DNA of 52,521 nt, from the NCBI GenBank assembly GCA_964419275.1, contig CAYQOY010000004.1:3114-55634 (forward strand), written 5' to 3'. Within the stretch, counting starts at the first letter, position 1. Every line of letters starts with the position of its first letter. The stretch comes from Candidatus Woesearchaeota archaeon (lineage in GTDB: Archaea; Nanobdellota; Nanobdellia; Pacearchaeales; GW2011-AR1). The notes beneath the pieces are model-generated. The model made no database searches and was not told where the DNA came from. It saw nothing but the letters and a program-made list of their open reading frames with translations. Of this stretch, positions 42,726-52,392 are shown in pieces. A program made the position numbers and the translations under genes.

Positions 42726-43280
42726 ATGACAGACGATAAAAAAGGCGGGATAAACACGGTATTTTTAATAATGACTTTGTCTATGCTCGCTTCTATAGGG
42801 GTTTTCTTTTTGTGGAATAGTATTCCTCAAATTAAAAATGCAGTCCATGCAGCCCTGGATCCAACCATTGGAACATTGATGAATTGGAATCTGGCTATTG
42901 GATTTTCTTTAGTTATCTTAATTTTAAATTTTTTAACAGTCCTATTACAGAAGTATACTACAGATCAAAAGGCAATTGCAGAAATCAAAAAACAACAAAA
43001 AGAGATGCAAGTTGAAATGAAAAAATACAAAGATAACCCCCAAAAATTAATGGAATTGCAACAAGCTTCTTTTCCTTCGACAATGAAAATGATGCAATTG
43101 ACAATGAAATCTCAATTTTATACAATTGTTCCTCTTCTTCTCTTGTTTAGATGGTTTTGGGATTTCTTTAATGCCCTCGGAAATTACAAGTTCTTCGGAA
43201 TATTAAGCTGGTTTTGGTTTTATTTAATTGCATCTATTATCTTCGGAAGCGTCATAAGAAATATTTTAAAAGTAGCTTAA
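42726..43280 (+). CDS. DUF106 / EMC3-TMCO1 (Oxa1 superfamily) membrane protein
   Basis: TM, coiled coil (KKQQKEMQ..KKYKDNPQKLMELQ), TM, W.WFY motif. Usual position after secY. Confidence 0.9.
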   Translation: MTDDKKGGINTVFLIMTLSMLASIGVFFLWNSIPQIKNAVHAALDPTIGTLMNWNLAIGFSLVILILNFLTVLLQKYTTDQKAIAEIKKQQKEMQVEMKKYKDNPQKLMELQQASFPSTMKMMQLTMKSQFYTIVPLLLLFRWFWDFFNALGNYKFFGILSWFWFYLIASIIFGSVIRNILKVA

Positions 43281-43319
43281 GCCTAAACAAAAAATAATAA
43301 ACTTGGATATTAAAACAAA

Positions 43320-43721
43320 ATGGATAATCAATCTCAACAAGAATTATTTCTAAGACTAAGCGTCTTAGAACAGCAAATGCAATATCTGCAACAACAGTTG
43401 GATGCAGTGGAAAAAGGAATAAACCAACTTCAAGATTTAGATCTAGACTTGAATGAAATTCAGGGTGCTACCGGAAAAGAGATTCTTGCTCAAATTGGAA
43501 CAGGAATTTATGTTCCTGCTAAACTTTTATCAGAAACTCTTACAGTAAATATTGGAGAAAATAATTTTGTTAAGAAAAGTGTTTCAGACACTAAAAAAAT
43601 AATTCAAACCCAAATAAAGAAACTACAAGAAACTCAAGAAGAATTAGAACGACACTTGGATTCGATAAACCATGAACTTTTAGAGTTCATTCAAAAGTAT
43701 CAATCTCAGGGTCAAGAATAA
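43320..43721 (+). CDS. pfdA: Prefoldin alpha subunit
   Basis: EILAQIGTGIYVPAKL; VNIGENNFVKK between coiled coils. Confidence 0.92.
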   Translation: MDNQSQQELFLRLSVLEQQMQYLQQQLDAVEKGINQLQDLDLDLNEIQGATGKEILAQIGTGIYVPAKLLSETLTVNIGENNFVKKSVSDTKKIIQTQIKKLQETQEELERHLDSINHELLEFIQKYQSQGQE

Positions 43722-43732
43722 GAAATTAATGT

Positions 43733-44551
43733 CTAAGTTTTATTTTCTTTAACTTTTTTCAAAAAGCTAACATAATTCAAAGCTCCAATTTCTGAAACAA
43801 TTTGTTTTATGTTTTCCTTTGGCACAAATTCAAATGCAGGATTTTTTATTTTAACTTTTACTGGAGCTTGATCCCAAACTTCTTTGAGATTTCTTTGTTC
43901 TAATTTAATCTTTTCTGAAGTGTATTTCCAAGAATCAGCGACGATGTAAAGAGGTGTTTTTTCAAGCTTAGCGACTTTAGAGATTAACCCGCTTCCGACC
44001 TTGTTTATCACTCCTTTTTCTAAAAGGGCGTCTGCTCCTAAAAAGATTTTGTCTGCTTTTCTCACTCCCTGACTGCCCATAAGAGCTATTCCCAATGCGG
44101 AGTCCACAAACATTGTTGTTTTTATTCCCGCTCTTCTTAGTTCTGTTGCGGTTTTTCTTCCTTGAAATAATGGACGAGTTTCAGTTAAATAAACTTCAAA
44201 ATTCTTGCCTTGTTTTTTTGCATAAATCAAAGCATTAACCACATTTGTTGAATGACAATGAGTGAAAATTATATCTTTAGATTTAATTATCTGAAGAATT
44301 TCTTGATTTATTTTCTGTTGAGCTTGTTCAAAATGATTTAATATTTCTTGATAGCTCTGAAATTCAACTCTTTTAAGCACATTGAAGAGCATCGGCTCTG
44401 TTGGACGAAGAGACATTAAAATTTTTTTTGACTGTTTTGTGGGAATAAGAGAATAAGCGTAAAGTGCTTGTTTGGCAACATTTCTCGCACCTTGAATTTT
44501 TATATCTTTGATATCCTGAGCAATTTTAGCGAACTTCTTTTTTTTATTCAT
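43733..44551 (-). CDS. Ribose-1,5-bisphosphate isomerase (eIF-2B alpha/beta/delta family)
   Basis: IQGA, RPTEPM, THCHS (catalytic Cys), TETRP.FQG, LGADA (catalytic Asp), NKVGS, NPAFE. Confidence 0.85.
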   Translation of the reverse strand: MNKKKKFAKIAQDIKDIKIQGARNVAKQALYAYSLIPTKQSKKILMSLRPTEPMLFNVLKRVEFQSYQEILNHFEQAQQKINQEILQIIKSKDIIFTHCHSTNVVNALIYAKKQGKNFEVYLTETRPLFQGRKTATELRRAGIKTTMFVDSALGIALMGSQGVRKADKIFLGADALLEKGVINKVGSGLISKVAKLEKTPLYIVADSWKYTSEKIKLEQRNLKEVWDQAPVKVKIKNPAFEFVPKENIKQIVSEIGALNYVSFLKKVKENKT

Positions 44552-44647
44552 TTTGACTTCTTTTAGGAGTTATATGTTCCTTTTAGATTAACTATTATTC
44601 TAAAAGCTATGAACATTTAAAAATCCTAGTTTCCTTATTTGCTTAAG

Positions 44648-45505
44648 ATGTTAGAAAGATTGGTTCCTGCAAGCAAAGCTGAAAAAAAGCCGTGGAAAAT
44701 GTTTTTTGTTGGTTTAATCTACGCTTCGCTGTCGCTTTTACTGGTTCACTGGTTTTTTGCTAATGATGCGGTTTTATCAAAACATGCCGGGATGATTGTT
44801 GTAACTTTCAGTGTTATGTTCTCGCTCCCTTTTATGTATAATATTATCAGACAAGAAGAAAAACAAGATGAAAAAGTGAGTGGTTTCTTTGGTGTTTGGA
44901 CAGCTCATGGAGATGCAATTCAGGCGTTAATGTGGCTTTTCTTGGGATTCATTGTTGCTTTTGCTTTTTGGAACACTATCCTCAAAGACCCGCTTTTATT
45001 TAATGCTCAAATTGGGACATACTGTTTGATTAACAGTCCTGGAAACATTGAAGGATGTGTTTCACTTTATTCTCCCGGAGGAAGTTCTATTACGGGGTAT
45101 GCAACAAAAAGCGCGAGATTTGTTTCAATTTTAGAAAATAACTTGCTTGTAATGATTTTCACTTTGGTTTTCTCGTTGCTGTTTGGGGCAGGAGCTATTT
45201 TCATTTTAGCTTGGAACGCTAGTGTTATCTCTGCTGCAATTGGAATCTTTGCGAGATATCAAGTTTCTCAAATTCCTATTGGATTAGCACGATATATGAT
45301 TCATGGACTTCCTGAAATCGGAGCTTATTTCATAACTGCCCTAGCAGGAGGAATCTTTGGAGTTAGTGCTCTTAGAAACGGAATGGGCAATAAAAGATTC
45401 TTGAGAGTAACAGAAAATGTAAGCATTTTAATTCTTCTTGCAATATTTTTGGTTATTTTAGCAGGAGTAATGGAAGTTTACTTAACTCCCCTTTTGTTTA
45501 AATAA
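44648..45505 (+). CDS. Stage II sporulation protein M (DUF95) family membrane protein
   Basis: ILENNLLV..F..VFSLLFGAG..FILAWNAS; HGLPEIGAY. Confidence 0.85.
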   Translation: MLERLVPASKAEKKPWKMFFVGLIYASLSLLLVHWFFANDAVLSKHAGMIVVTFSVMFSLPFMYNIIRQEEKQDEKVSGFFGVWTAHGDAIQALMWLFLGFIVAFAFWNTILKDPLLFNAQIGTYCLINSPGNIEGCVSLYSPGGSSITGYATKSARFVSILENNLLVMIFTLVFSLLFGAGAIFILAWNASVISAAIGIFARYQVSQIPIGLARYMIHGLPEIGAYFITALAGGIFGVSALRNGMGNKRFLRVTENVSILILLAIFLVILAGVMEVYLTPLLFK

Positions 45506-45577
45506 TTCTTAGAAATCTTAGCATTAAATGAAATTAAGTTTCATTAAATTTAAAAGTTACATTAGTATTTGTTGTTT

Positions 45578-46579
45578 ATGGTTGATTTCCTTTTGATTGT
45601 CTCTGTAATCATAAGTTTTTTGACTACATTTATTTCTTTGCCATTCTGGATAAAACAAGCTCATCTTAATGGACTTTCTGGAAAAGATATGCATAAAGTT
45701 GACAAACGGGCTGTTGCAGAGGCTGGCGGAATAACTGTTTTATTGGGGGCTTCTTTAGGAATATTATTTTACGTCGCCGCAAATGTATTTTATTTTGGAA
45801 AAAATGACAAACTTATTTACATTTTTGGACTTTTGGCAGTAATCTTAATTAGCGCGATTGTAGGATTAGTTGATGATTTGTTGGGTTGGAAAAAGGGGCT
45901 TACTAAACTAGTAAGATTAAGTCTTGTTTTCTTCGCAGCAATTCCTTTAATGGTTTTAAACGCAGGGACAGGAATAATCCTTTTGCCTTTTTTTGGATTA
46001 GTTAATTTTGGAATAATTTATTCACTAATATTGATTCCATTAGGAATTGTGGGAGCAACAACAACATTCAATTTTTTAGCAGGTTATAATGGTTTAGAGG
46101 TTAAACAAGGAATCTTAATACTCTCTGCTCTTGCAATTATAACTTATTTGAGAGGCAACCCTTGGCTGAGTGTAATTGCGTTGATTGCTGTTGCTTCATT
46201 GACTGCATTCTACTTTTTCAATAAGTATCCTGCAAAAGTATTTCCAGGAGATGTTATGACTTATAGCATTGGTGCGTTGATTGCGAGCATTGCAATTTTA
46301 GGAAACATTGAAAGAATTGCTCTGTTCTTCTTTATTCCTTATCTAATTGAAGTCGGGTTAAAATTAAGAGGAAAATTAAACAAAGAAAGCTTTGCTAAGT
46401 TAAATGAAGATGGCAGTTTGGAAATGCCTTATGAAAAAGTATATGGTTTAGAACATCTTGCAATAAAGATTTTAAAGAGAATCAAACCAAGCAAGAAAGT
46501 TTATGAATATGAAGTAGTGAATTTAATAAACTTGTTCCAGATAGTGATCATTCTAATCGGCTTTGTTTTTATTATTTAG
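45578..46579 (+). CDS. Glycosyltransferase family 4, UDP-GlcNAc:lipid-phosphate GlcNAc-1-P transferase (AglH-like)
   Basis: GKDMHK; AEAGG; GLVDD; NFLAGYNGLE; YPAKVFPGD. Confidence 0.9.
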   Translation: MVDFLLIVSVIISFLTTFISLPFWIKQAHLNGLSGKDMHKVDKRAVAEAGGITVLLGASLGILFYVAANVFYFGKNDKLIYIFGLLAVILISAIVGLVDDLLGWKKGLTKLVRLSLVFFAAIPLMVLNAGTGIILLPFFGLVNFGIIYSLILIPLGIVGATTTFNFLAGYNGLEVKQGILILSALAIITYLRGNPWLSVIALIAVASLTAFYFFNKYPAKVFPGDVMTYSIGALIASIAILGNIERIALFFFIPYLIEVGLKLRGKLNKESFAKLNEDGSLEMPYEKVYGLEHLAIKILKRIKPSKKVYEYEVVNLINLFQIVIILIGFVFII

Positions 46580-46624
46580 TTCAAGAAGAAAGGTTTTAAA
46601 ACAGTTTTATCCTGAGAGGTTAAG

Positions 46625-49576
46625 ATGAGCAATAAAAAAACTGACGCAAAAAAAGAAAGTTCTCAGTCTTGGAACCTTTTAAAGGGATATTTTCTCAAGA
46701 ACAACTTTGTTTTAGTTTTTAATATTCTTGCTTTAATCAGCTTAATTTTTTCTCTTGCAAAGACATTTGACTTCTCGGTGGGATTAACTTCTCTAAACCA
46801 ATTAATCTCCTTGTTTTCTGTTTTAATTTGGTTTTTTTTAACTGTTTCTTTTATTCTTTCAGGATTGCTTGCTTTTTACAATAAAAAAACATTGATGTTT
46901 ATTCCAATTTTAATTTGGCTACTAACTTCTACAGTTCTTGTTAGAACTGCAAATATTCCTAATCTAAAAAACATTGCGACAGGCGAATTAGAGCTTGGGC
47001 CTGACCTTGACCCTTATCTATACTTAAGAAATGTTAGAGAAATTGTTGAAATGAAGAATCTTGGACAAACTGACTTAATGAGATATGCTCCTCTTGGGGC
47101 ACCAAGTTATATTTACAGCAGTATGATGCCTTGGGCAATTTATTCTGTTTACAAAATTTCTTCTGTATTTACAACAGAGATGTCTATAATTTATGCTGCA
47201 ATTATTTCTCCAGTAATCTTTTTCGTTATTTCTTTGATGCTCTTTTTTGGGTTTGTTTACACTCTCTTCTCATTTAAACTTTCTAAAGAAAAATCTTTAT
47301 TGGGTGCAACACTTGCTAGCTTCTTTTACTCTTTTGTGCCGGCAATGCTGCATAGAACAATTGCAGGAATTCCAGAATTAGAAAGTTTGGGAATGATTTG
47401 GTTCTGGTTAACTTTCTTGTTCTTTTGCCTTGCCTGGAAAAAAGAAAAAGTGAAATCTTGGATGATTTACGGAATTCTCGCGGGATTATCTGCTGGCGCT
47501 ATGGCTTGGTCTTGGGGAGGTTATAAGTATATTTATATGGTAATTTCTTTTGCAGCCCTGTCCGCTTTTTTCTTTAATGTGTCTCATAAAAAAAATTTAG
47601 TTATCTTTGCGTGCGTGGTTATTTCGGGAATATTGGTAGATTTGTTTAGAACAAAAAGCATTATTTCAATGCTTACAAGTATAACTGACTATGGCTTCGC
47701 TGCAGGAGTCTTATTTGTTTTATTAATAAATTTTGTTTTATTTGAAACCAAACTTAAAAATCTTAATTTTGTAAAAAGAATTTCCGATAAAATAAAGATA
47801 CCTAAAAATATTATTTCTATTCTTCTAGCAGCAGTATTAGGAATCTTGATTTTAATACTGTTAAAACCTACATTTATCGTTGAACTTTTACCAAGAGTTA
47901 TTGAAGGATTTTTGAAACCTTTCGGTGAAGGAAGGGTGGGATTAACTGTTGCAGAAAATAGGGCTCCTTATTTTTTAGAGGCTCTTGAAAGTTTTGGGGG
48001 CCTTATCTGGATATTTCTTGCAGGGGTCATTTTGATATTTTGCGAAACTGTGGGGCATTTTGAAATTAAAAAAAGATTTGTTCTTAATTTTTCATTTATA
48101 ATCTTTATTCTTACTTTTGTTTTCAGTAGAATCTCCTCAACGCATTTACTTAACGGAGAAAATGCAATTTCAAAGTTGCTTTATTTTGGAGGATTAATCT
48201 TGTTTACATTAACAGTGTTAATAATTTACCTTCTTGCAGGAATCCGCAAAGACAAAAAAACAATAGAAGACTTTTCGAAAATAGATTTATCTTCTCTTTT
48301 ATTGATTTCCTTTTCTTTCTGGGCAATTGTTTCTATGAGAGGAGCAGTAAGACTCTTTTTTATAATTGCGCCAATGATTATTTTAGCTGCAGTTTATTTT
48401 TTAATTAAAATATTTGATTATTTGAAAACAAAAGATGAACTATTGAGATTAATTGTTTTTTTAGGATTAATTGCTTCTATGATTGTTAGTTCTTCTGTAT
48501 TGATGAATTATGCCATTTCTACAGTTAGCTCTGCTCCTTATGTTGCTCCAAGCTCATACAATCAACAATGGCAATATGCCATGAACTGGGTTTCTAATAA
48601 TACTCCTGAAAACAGTGTTTTTGTTCACTGGTGGGATTATGGATACTGGGTTCAAACAATGGGAAAAAGACCTACTGTAACAGATGGGGGGCACTTTACA
48701 GACTGGTGGGATCATACCACTGGAAGATACCTTTTAACAACCCCTTATCCTGAAACCGCCTTAAGCTTAATGAAAACGCACAATGTATCCTATTTGTTGA
48801 TAGATTCATCAGATTTAGGAAAATACGGGGCATATAGTAGCATTGGCTCAGGAAGAGATGGCTCAGATAGAATTGCTGAGATTCCTGTTGCAGTTTATTT
48901 GCCTGAACAATCTCAAGAAACAAATGGGACAAAAGTGAGAATATACCAAGGAGCTACTTTTGTAGACGAAGATATTGTGTATGAAAATGAAGGAGGGGTT
49001 AAAATCTTTCTTCCTCAAGGAAAAGCATATTTTGTAGGTTTAATTACCAAAACAATTGAAACAGAAAGTACAATTCAGTTTACTTCTGCTCCTGAAGCAG
49101 TGTATTATTACAATAACAAACAAATTTCCATTCCAGTCAGATACGCTTATTTTGATGATAAAATTATAGACTTTGGGAAAGGAATAAATGCAATAATCAG
49201 AATTGTTCCTTCATTAGTAAACAATAACGAAAATATTTATGTTGAACGACTTGGCGCAGCGATTTACCTTTCCAATAAAGTTTCAAAGAGTTTATTTGCC
49301 CAGTTATACCTTATGAATGATCCTTTCAAAAAGTATTCTACTATCAAATTAGCCCATAGCGAAGATGATTTTTTAGTTAAAAACCTAAAGCAGCAAAACA
49401 TTAATTTAGGAGATTTGTTTTATTACCAAGGATTAAGAGGCCCAATAAAGATTTGGAAAGTAGATTACCCTGAAAATACGATTACTCATCAAGAATTTTT
49501 AGATGTTCCCGAGGGATGGAATCAAAGAGATAACGCTTCTTGGGGATTACTGGATAATTTTAATTTTACTTCTTAA
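46625..49576 (+). CDS. aglB: Oligosaccharyltransferase AglB (STT3)
   Basis: DLDPY, TVAE, WWDYG and DLGK motifs; many TM helices. Confidence 0.95.
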   Translation: MSNKKTDAKKESSQSWNLLKGYFLKNNFVLVFNILALISLIFSLAKTFDFSVGLTSLNQLISLFSVLIWFFLTVSFILSGLLAFYNKKTLMFIPILIWLLTSTVLVRTANIPNLKNIATGELELGPDLDPYLYLRNVREIVEMKNLGQTDLMRYAPLGAPSYIYSSMMPWAIYSVYKISSVFTTEMSIIYAAIISPVIFFVISLMLFFGFVYTLFSFKLSKEKSLLGATLASFFYSFVPAMLHRTIAGIPELESLGMIWFWLTFLFFCLAWKKEKVKSWMIYGILAGLSAGAMAWSWGGYKYIYMVISFAALSAFFFNVSHKKNLVIFACVVISGILVDLFRTKSIISMLTSITDYGFAAGVLFVLLINFVLFETKLKNLNFVKRISDKIKIPKNIISILLAAVLGILILILLKPTFIVELLPRVIEGFLKPFGEGRVGLTVAENRAPYFLEALESFGGLIWIFLAGVILIFCETVGHFEIKKRFVLNFSFIIFILTFVFSRISSTHLLNGENAISKLLYFGGLILFTLTVLIIYLLAGIRKDKKTIEDFSKIDLSSLLLISFSFWAIVSMRGAVRLFFIIAPMIILAAVYFLIKIFDYLKTKDELLRLIVFLGLIASMIVSSSVLMNYAISTVSSAPYVAPSSYNQQWQYAMNWVSNNTPENSVFVHWWDYGYWVQTMGKRPTVTDGGHFTDWWDHTTGRYLLTTPYPETALSLMKTHNVSYLLIDSSDLGKYGAYSSIGSGRDGSDRIAEIPVAVYLPEQSQETNGTKVRIYQGATFVDEDIVYENEGGVKIFLPQGKAYFVGLITKTIETESTIQFTSAPEAVYYYNNKQISIPVRYAYFDDKIIDFGKGINAIIRIVPSLVNNNENIYVERLGAAIYLSNKVSKSLFAQLYLMNDPFKKYSTIKLAHSEDDFLVKNLKQQNINLGDLFYYQGLRGPIKIWKVDYPENTITHQEFLDVPEGWNQRDNASWGLLDNFNFTS

Positions 49577-49634
49577 GGTTCTATTTCATAAAGAATATAA
49601 ACAAATAAAGTTTTGAAGAGAGATAATTACGAAG

Positions 49635-50738
49635 ATGATAACAATTATTTTGGGAACAAAAGCAGAATTAATAAAATGCATGCCTGTGATGATAGAACTG
49701 CAAAAACAAAAAAAAGAGTATTGCTTTATTCACACAGGACAGCACCCTTTGGGAAAAGCTTGTGAAGACTTTGGAATTAAAAAACCAGATTTTGTTTTAA
49801 GCGAAGAGCCTAAATTAAGCACAAAATTTTGGTCTAAAGTCAATAAAAACTCAATTTTCTGGTTTTTAGCTATGATCTTGAAAATTAGAAAAGTTGTGAA
49901 AAAGATTAAACCTTCTTATGTTATTTATCATGGAGACACTATGAGCAGTGCTGCTGCGGCAATTGGCTCAAGCAAACTGCTGAATTTTTCCAAGAAATGG
50001 AAAAGTGTCCATTTAGAAGCAGGATTGAGATCTGGCAAGCTTCTTGAACCATTTCCCGAAGAGATTTCTCGTATAATTTGCGACAGATTTTCAGACATCC
50101 TTTTAGCAGTTTCTGAAAGATCGGAAAATAATCTTAAAAGATATATCAAAAGAAAGAAAATATTTAACGTTGGAAACACCATCATTGACTCTGCGCTAAT
50201 CTGTTACGAAAAAGCGAAAAAAGATAAAGGCCTTCAAAAAAGAAAAGAAGAATATGCCTTGATAAATATTCACAGACACGAAAATTTAAATGATGAAAAA
50301 AGACTTAAAAAAGTTGTAGAAATAATTGAAAGTATTAGTATCCCTGCTGTCTGGCCTCTTCATGATAACACCCGGTTTTTTCTGGAAAAATATCATTTAA
50401 TGGAAAAACTGGAAGAAATGAAAAATCTTGAGATACACCCCTTAACCGATTATCTTACATTTATTTATCTTCTAGCAAATTCCAAATATCTTTTAACTGA
50501 TGGAGGTTCAATACAAGAGGAAAGTCTTGTTTTCAAGAAGCCTTGCCTTATCTTAAGAGAGAAAACCGAGCGCCAAGAAGGTCTTTCGACAGGAATTAAT
50601 TTTCTTACAAAGTTAGATGTTGAAAAAGCAAAAAAGATTATTCAAGAGATAGAAAATAATAAAATTAAAGTAAAGAATTTCAAAAATCCTTATGGGGAAA
50701 AAGGAGTAAGTAAAAAGATTATTGAGATTTTATCATGA
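49635..50738 (+). CDS. wecB: UDP-N-acetylglucosamine 2-epimerase (non-hydrolysing family), variant motifs
   Basis: HTGQH, HGDT, HLEAGLRS, PFPEE, HRHEN, IQEE, NPYG. Confidence 0.88.
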   Translation: MITIILGTKAELIKCMPVMIELQKQKKEYCFIHTGQHPLGKACEDFGIKKPDFVLSEEPKLSTKFWSKVNKNSIFWFLAMILKIRKVVKKIKPSYVIYHGDTMSSAAAAIGSSKLLNFSKKWKSVHLEAGLRSGKLLEPFPEEISRIICDRFSDILLAVSERSENNLKRYIKRKKIFNVGNTIIDSALICYEKAKKDKGLQKRKEEYALINIHRHENLNDEKRLKKVVEIIESISIPAVWPLHDNTRFFLEKYHLMEKLEEMKNLEIHPLTDYLTFIYLLANSKYLLTDGGSIQEESLVFKKPCLILREKTERQEGLSTGINFLTKLDVEKAKKIIQEIENNKIKVKNFKNPYGEKGVSKKIIEILS

Positions 50739-50764
50739 AACACAATCAAACAAAATGTAATGAA

Positions 50765-51865
50765 ATGAAAGTATATCTTCAATATCCTTGGAAATTTCCA
50801 GATTCGCCTTATTATAAATATTTAATAGATAATCCCCCCGAAGGCGTTGAATTTCTTAATGCTGCAAAACAGCAAGGAGTTATTATCAACAAAAAGCGCT
50901 TTTTGCTTTCAAACTCCATCAAAAAAAGCATTCGAGGAGTTTTTCATGCCTTGGGAATACCCATTTTAAATGCTCATAGCACTAAGACTGAAGAAAAATT
51001 TGATTTGATACATTGTGCACATTGTCTAAGCCTTAACAATTCCCCCTGGGTTGCTGATTTCGAATCTTGGTGGCAATTCTGGATTTCTGGAGCACTTCAA
51101 AAAAGGAAGAGAGAACAAATTAAAAAAATAATTTTAAGTGAAAACTGCAAGAAGATTATGCCTTGGACAAATACAATCAAAAAAGATATTCTTGAAATCA
51201 TGCCCGAGGTTAAAAATAAACTGGAAGTTGTTTGCCCTGCGGTTCCTTTCCCTAGTTTCAGAACAACCAAACATAAGAAGATTACAATCTTATATGCGGC
51301 AAGATATTTTTGGGTTAAGGGAGGACTTATTGCTTTAGAAACCTTGAAAAGACTCAAAAAGAGACATGACATTGAAATTATTTTCATTTCTGATGTGCCT
51401 CAAAAAATAAAAGAAAAATATCCTGAAATCAAAATATTGGATTTAGTTCCTCAAAAAAAACTCATTGAATATTACAAATCTGCAGATATCTTTTTTTATC
51501 CTAGCCTTTTAGATACCTTTGGATTTTCATTGCTTGAGGCAATGTCTTATGGTTTGCCTGTTGTAGCATTAAATACTGGAGGAACGACTAACTGTAGAGA
51601 AATAATCGAAGATGGAAAAACTGGTTTTATCGTCGATGCTCCTTCTTACCAAGGGAATAAAATTTACAAGAAGCTTAAAAGAATTGGAAAAATTGAAAAG
51701 GAGATAATTGAACAGCTTGTAGGAAAAACAGGATTATTAATAAAAAACAAAAAATTAAGGAATAAAATGTCAAAAGAATGCCGAGAAGTGATCAGATCTG
51801 GAAAATTTTCTATTAAAGAAAGAAACAAAAAGTTGAAAAAGATTTATATGGAGGCCCTAAGATGA
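50765..51865 (+). CDS. GT4-family glycosyltransferase
   Basis: ADIFFYPSLLDTFGFSLLEAMSYGLPVV; DGKTG. Probable start ATG 50765. Confidence 0.92.
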   Translation: MKVYLQYPWKFPDSPYYKYLIDNPPEGVEFLNAAKQQGVIINKKRFLLSNSIKKSIRGVFHALGIPILNAHSTKTEEKFDLIHCAHCLSLNNSPWVADFESWWQFWISGALQKRKREQIKKIILSENCKKIMPWTNTIKKDILEIMPEVKNKLEVVCPAVPFPSFRTTKHKKITILYAARYFWVKGGLIALETLKRLKKRHDIEIIFISDVPQKIKEKYPEIKILDLVPQKKLIEYYKSADIFFYPSLLDTFGFSLLEAMSYGLPVVALNTGGTTNCREIIEDGKTGFIVDAPSYQGNKIYKKLKRIGKIEKEIIEQLVGKTGLLIKNKKLRNKMSKECREVIRSGKFSIKERNKKLKKIYMEALR

Positions 51866-52392
51866 GTTTCCAAGAAGTTTTTCCAAACATTTTAGCTAAA
51901 ACTTATTCTAATTGCAAGGTTTATGGTACATTAAGCAAAAACCCAGGAATATTCATTAGAAGCAAGATTTTCGAAGATAAATGCGTCTTTCTTCCCTTTT
52001 TAGATACAATTTTCTTAAACCAAGAAATTAAAAAGAAAGAACTGGAAGAGATGCTTGAAAAAGATAATAATCTCAAAATTGAAATTAGATTGAGCGAATC
52101 AGATTCTAACTTAAATAAGACGCGAAAACTTTTGAAGGAAAAAGGGTTCCAAGAAAATGTTAGCAAGGGACATATAATTTCTGAACTTACTTCTCAAGAA
52201 GATTTTTGGGATAGATTTCATAAACACACGAGAAATGACATCAGAAAAGCAGAAAAATCAAACCTTACTATCCTGAAGATAGATAATCTAACGGAATTAA
52301 AGAGATTTTATTTGTTATATTTAAGGCAAATGAAGGAATTTGGAACCCCCCAACATTCTTTCACTTTTTTTAAAAATTGTTTTAAGATGTAA
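51862..52392 (+). pseudogene. FemAB-like GNAT protein, apparently truncated at 176 aa
   Basis: FLPFLD; FWDRFHKHTRNDIRKAEK; RFYLLY...GTPQHSF.FF, then TAA. The second GNAT half expected for this family is missing. Confidence 0.55.
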
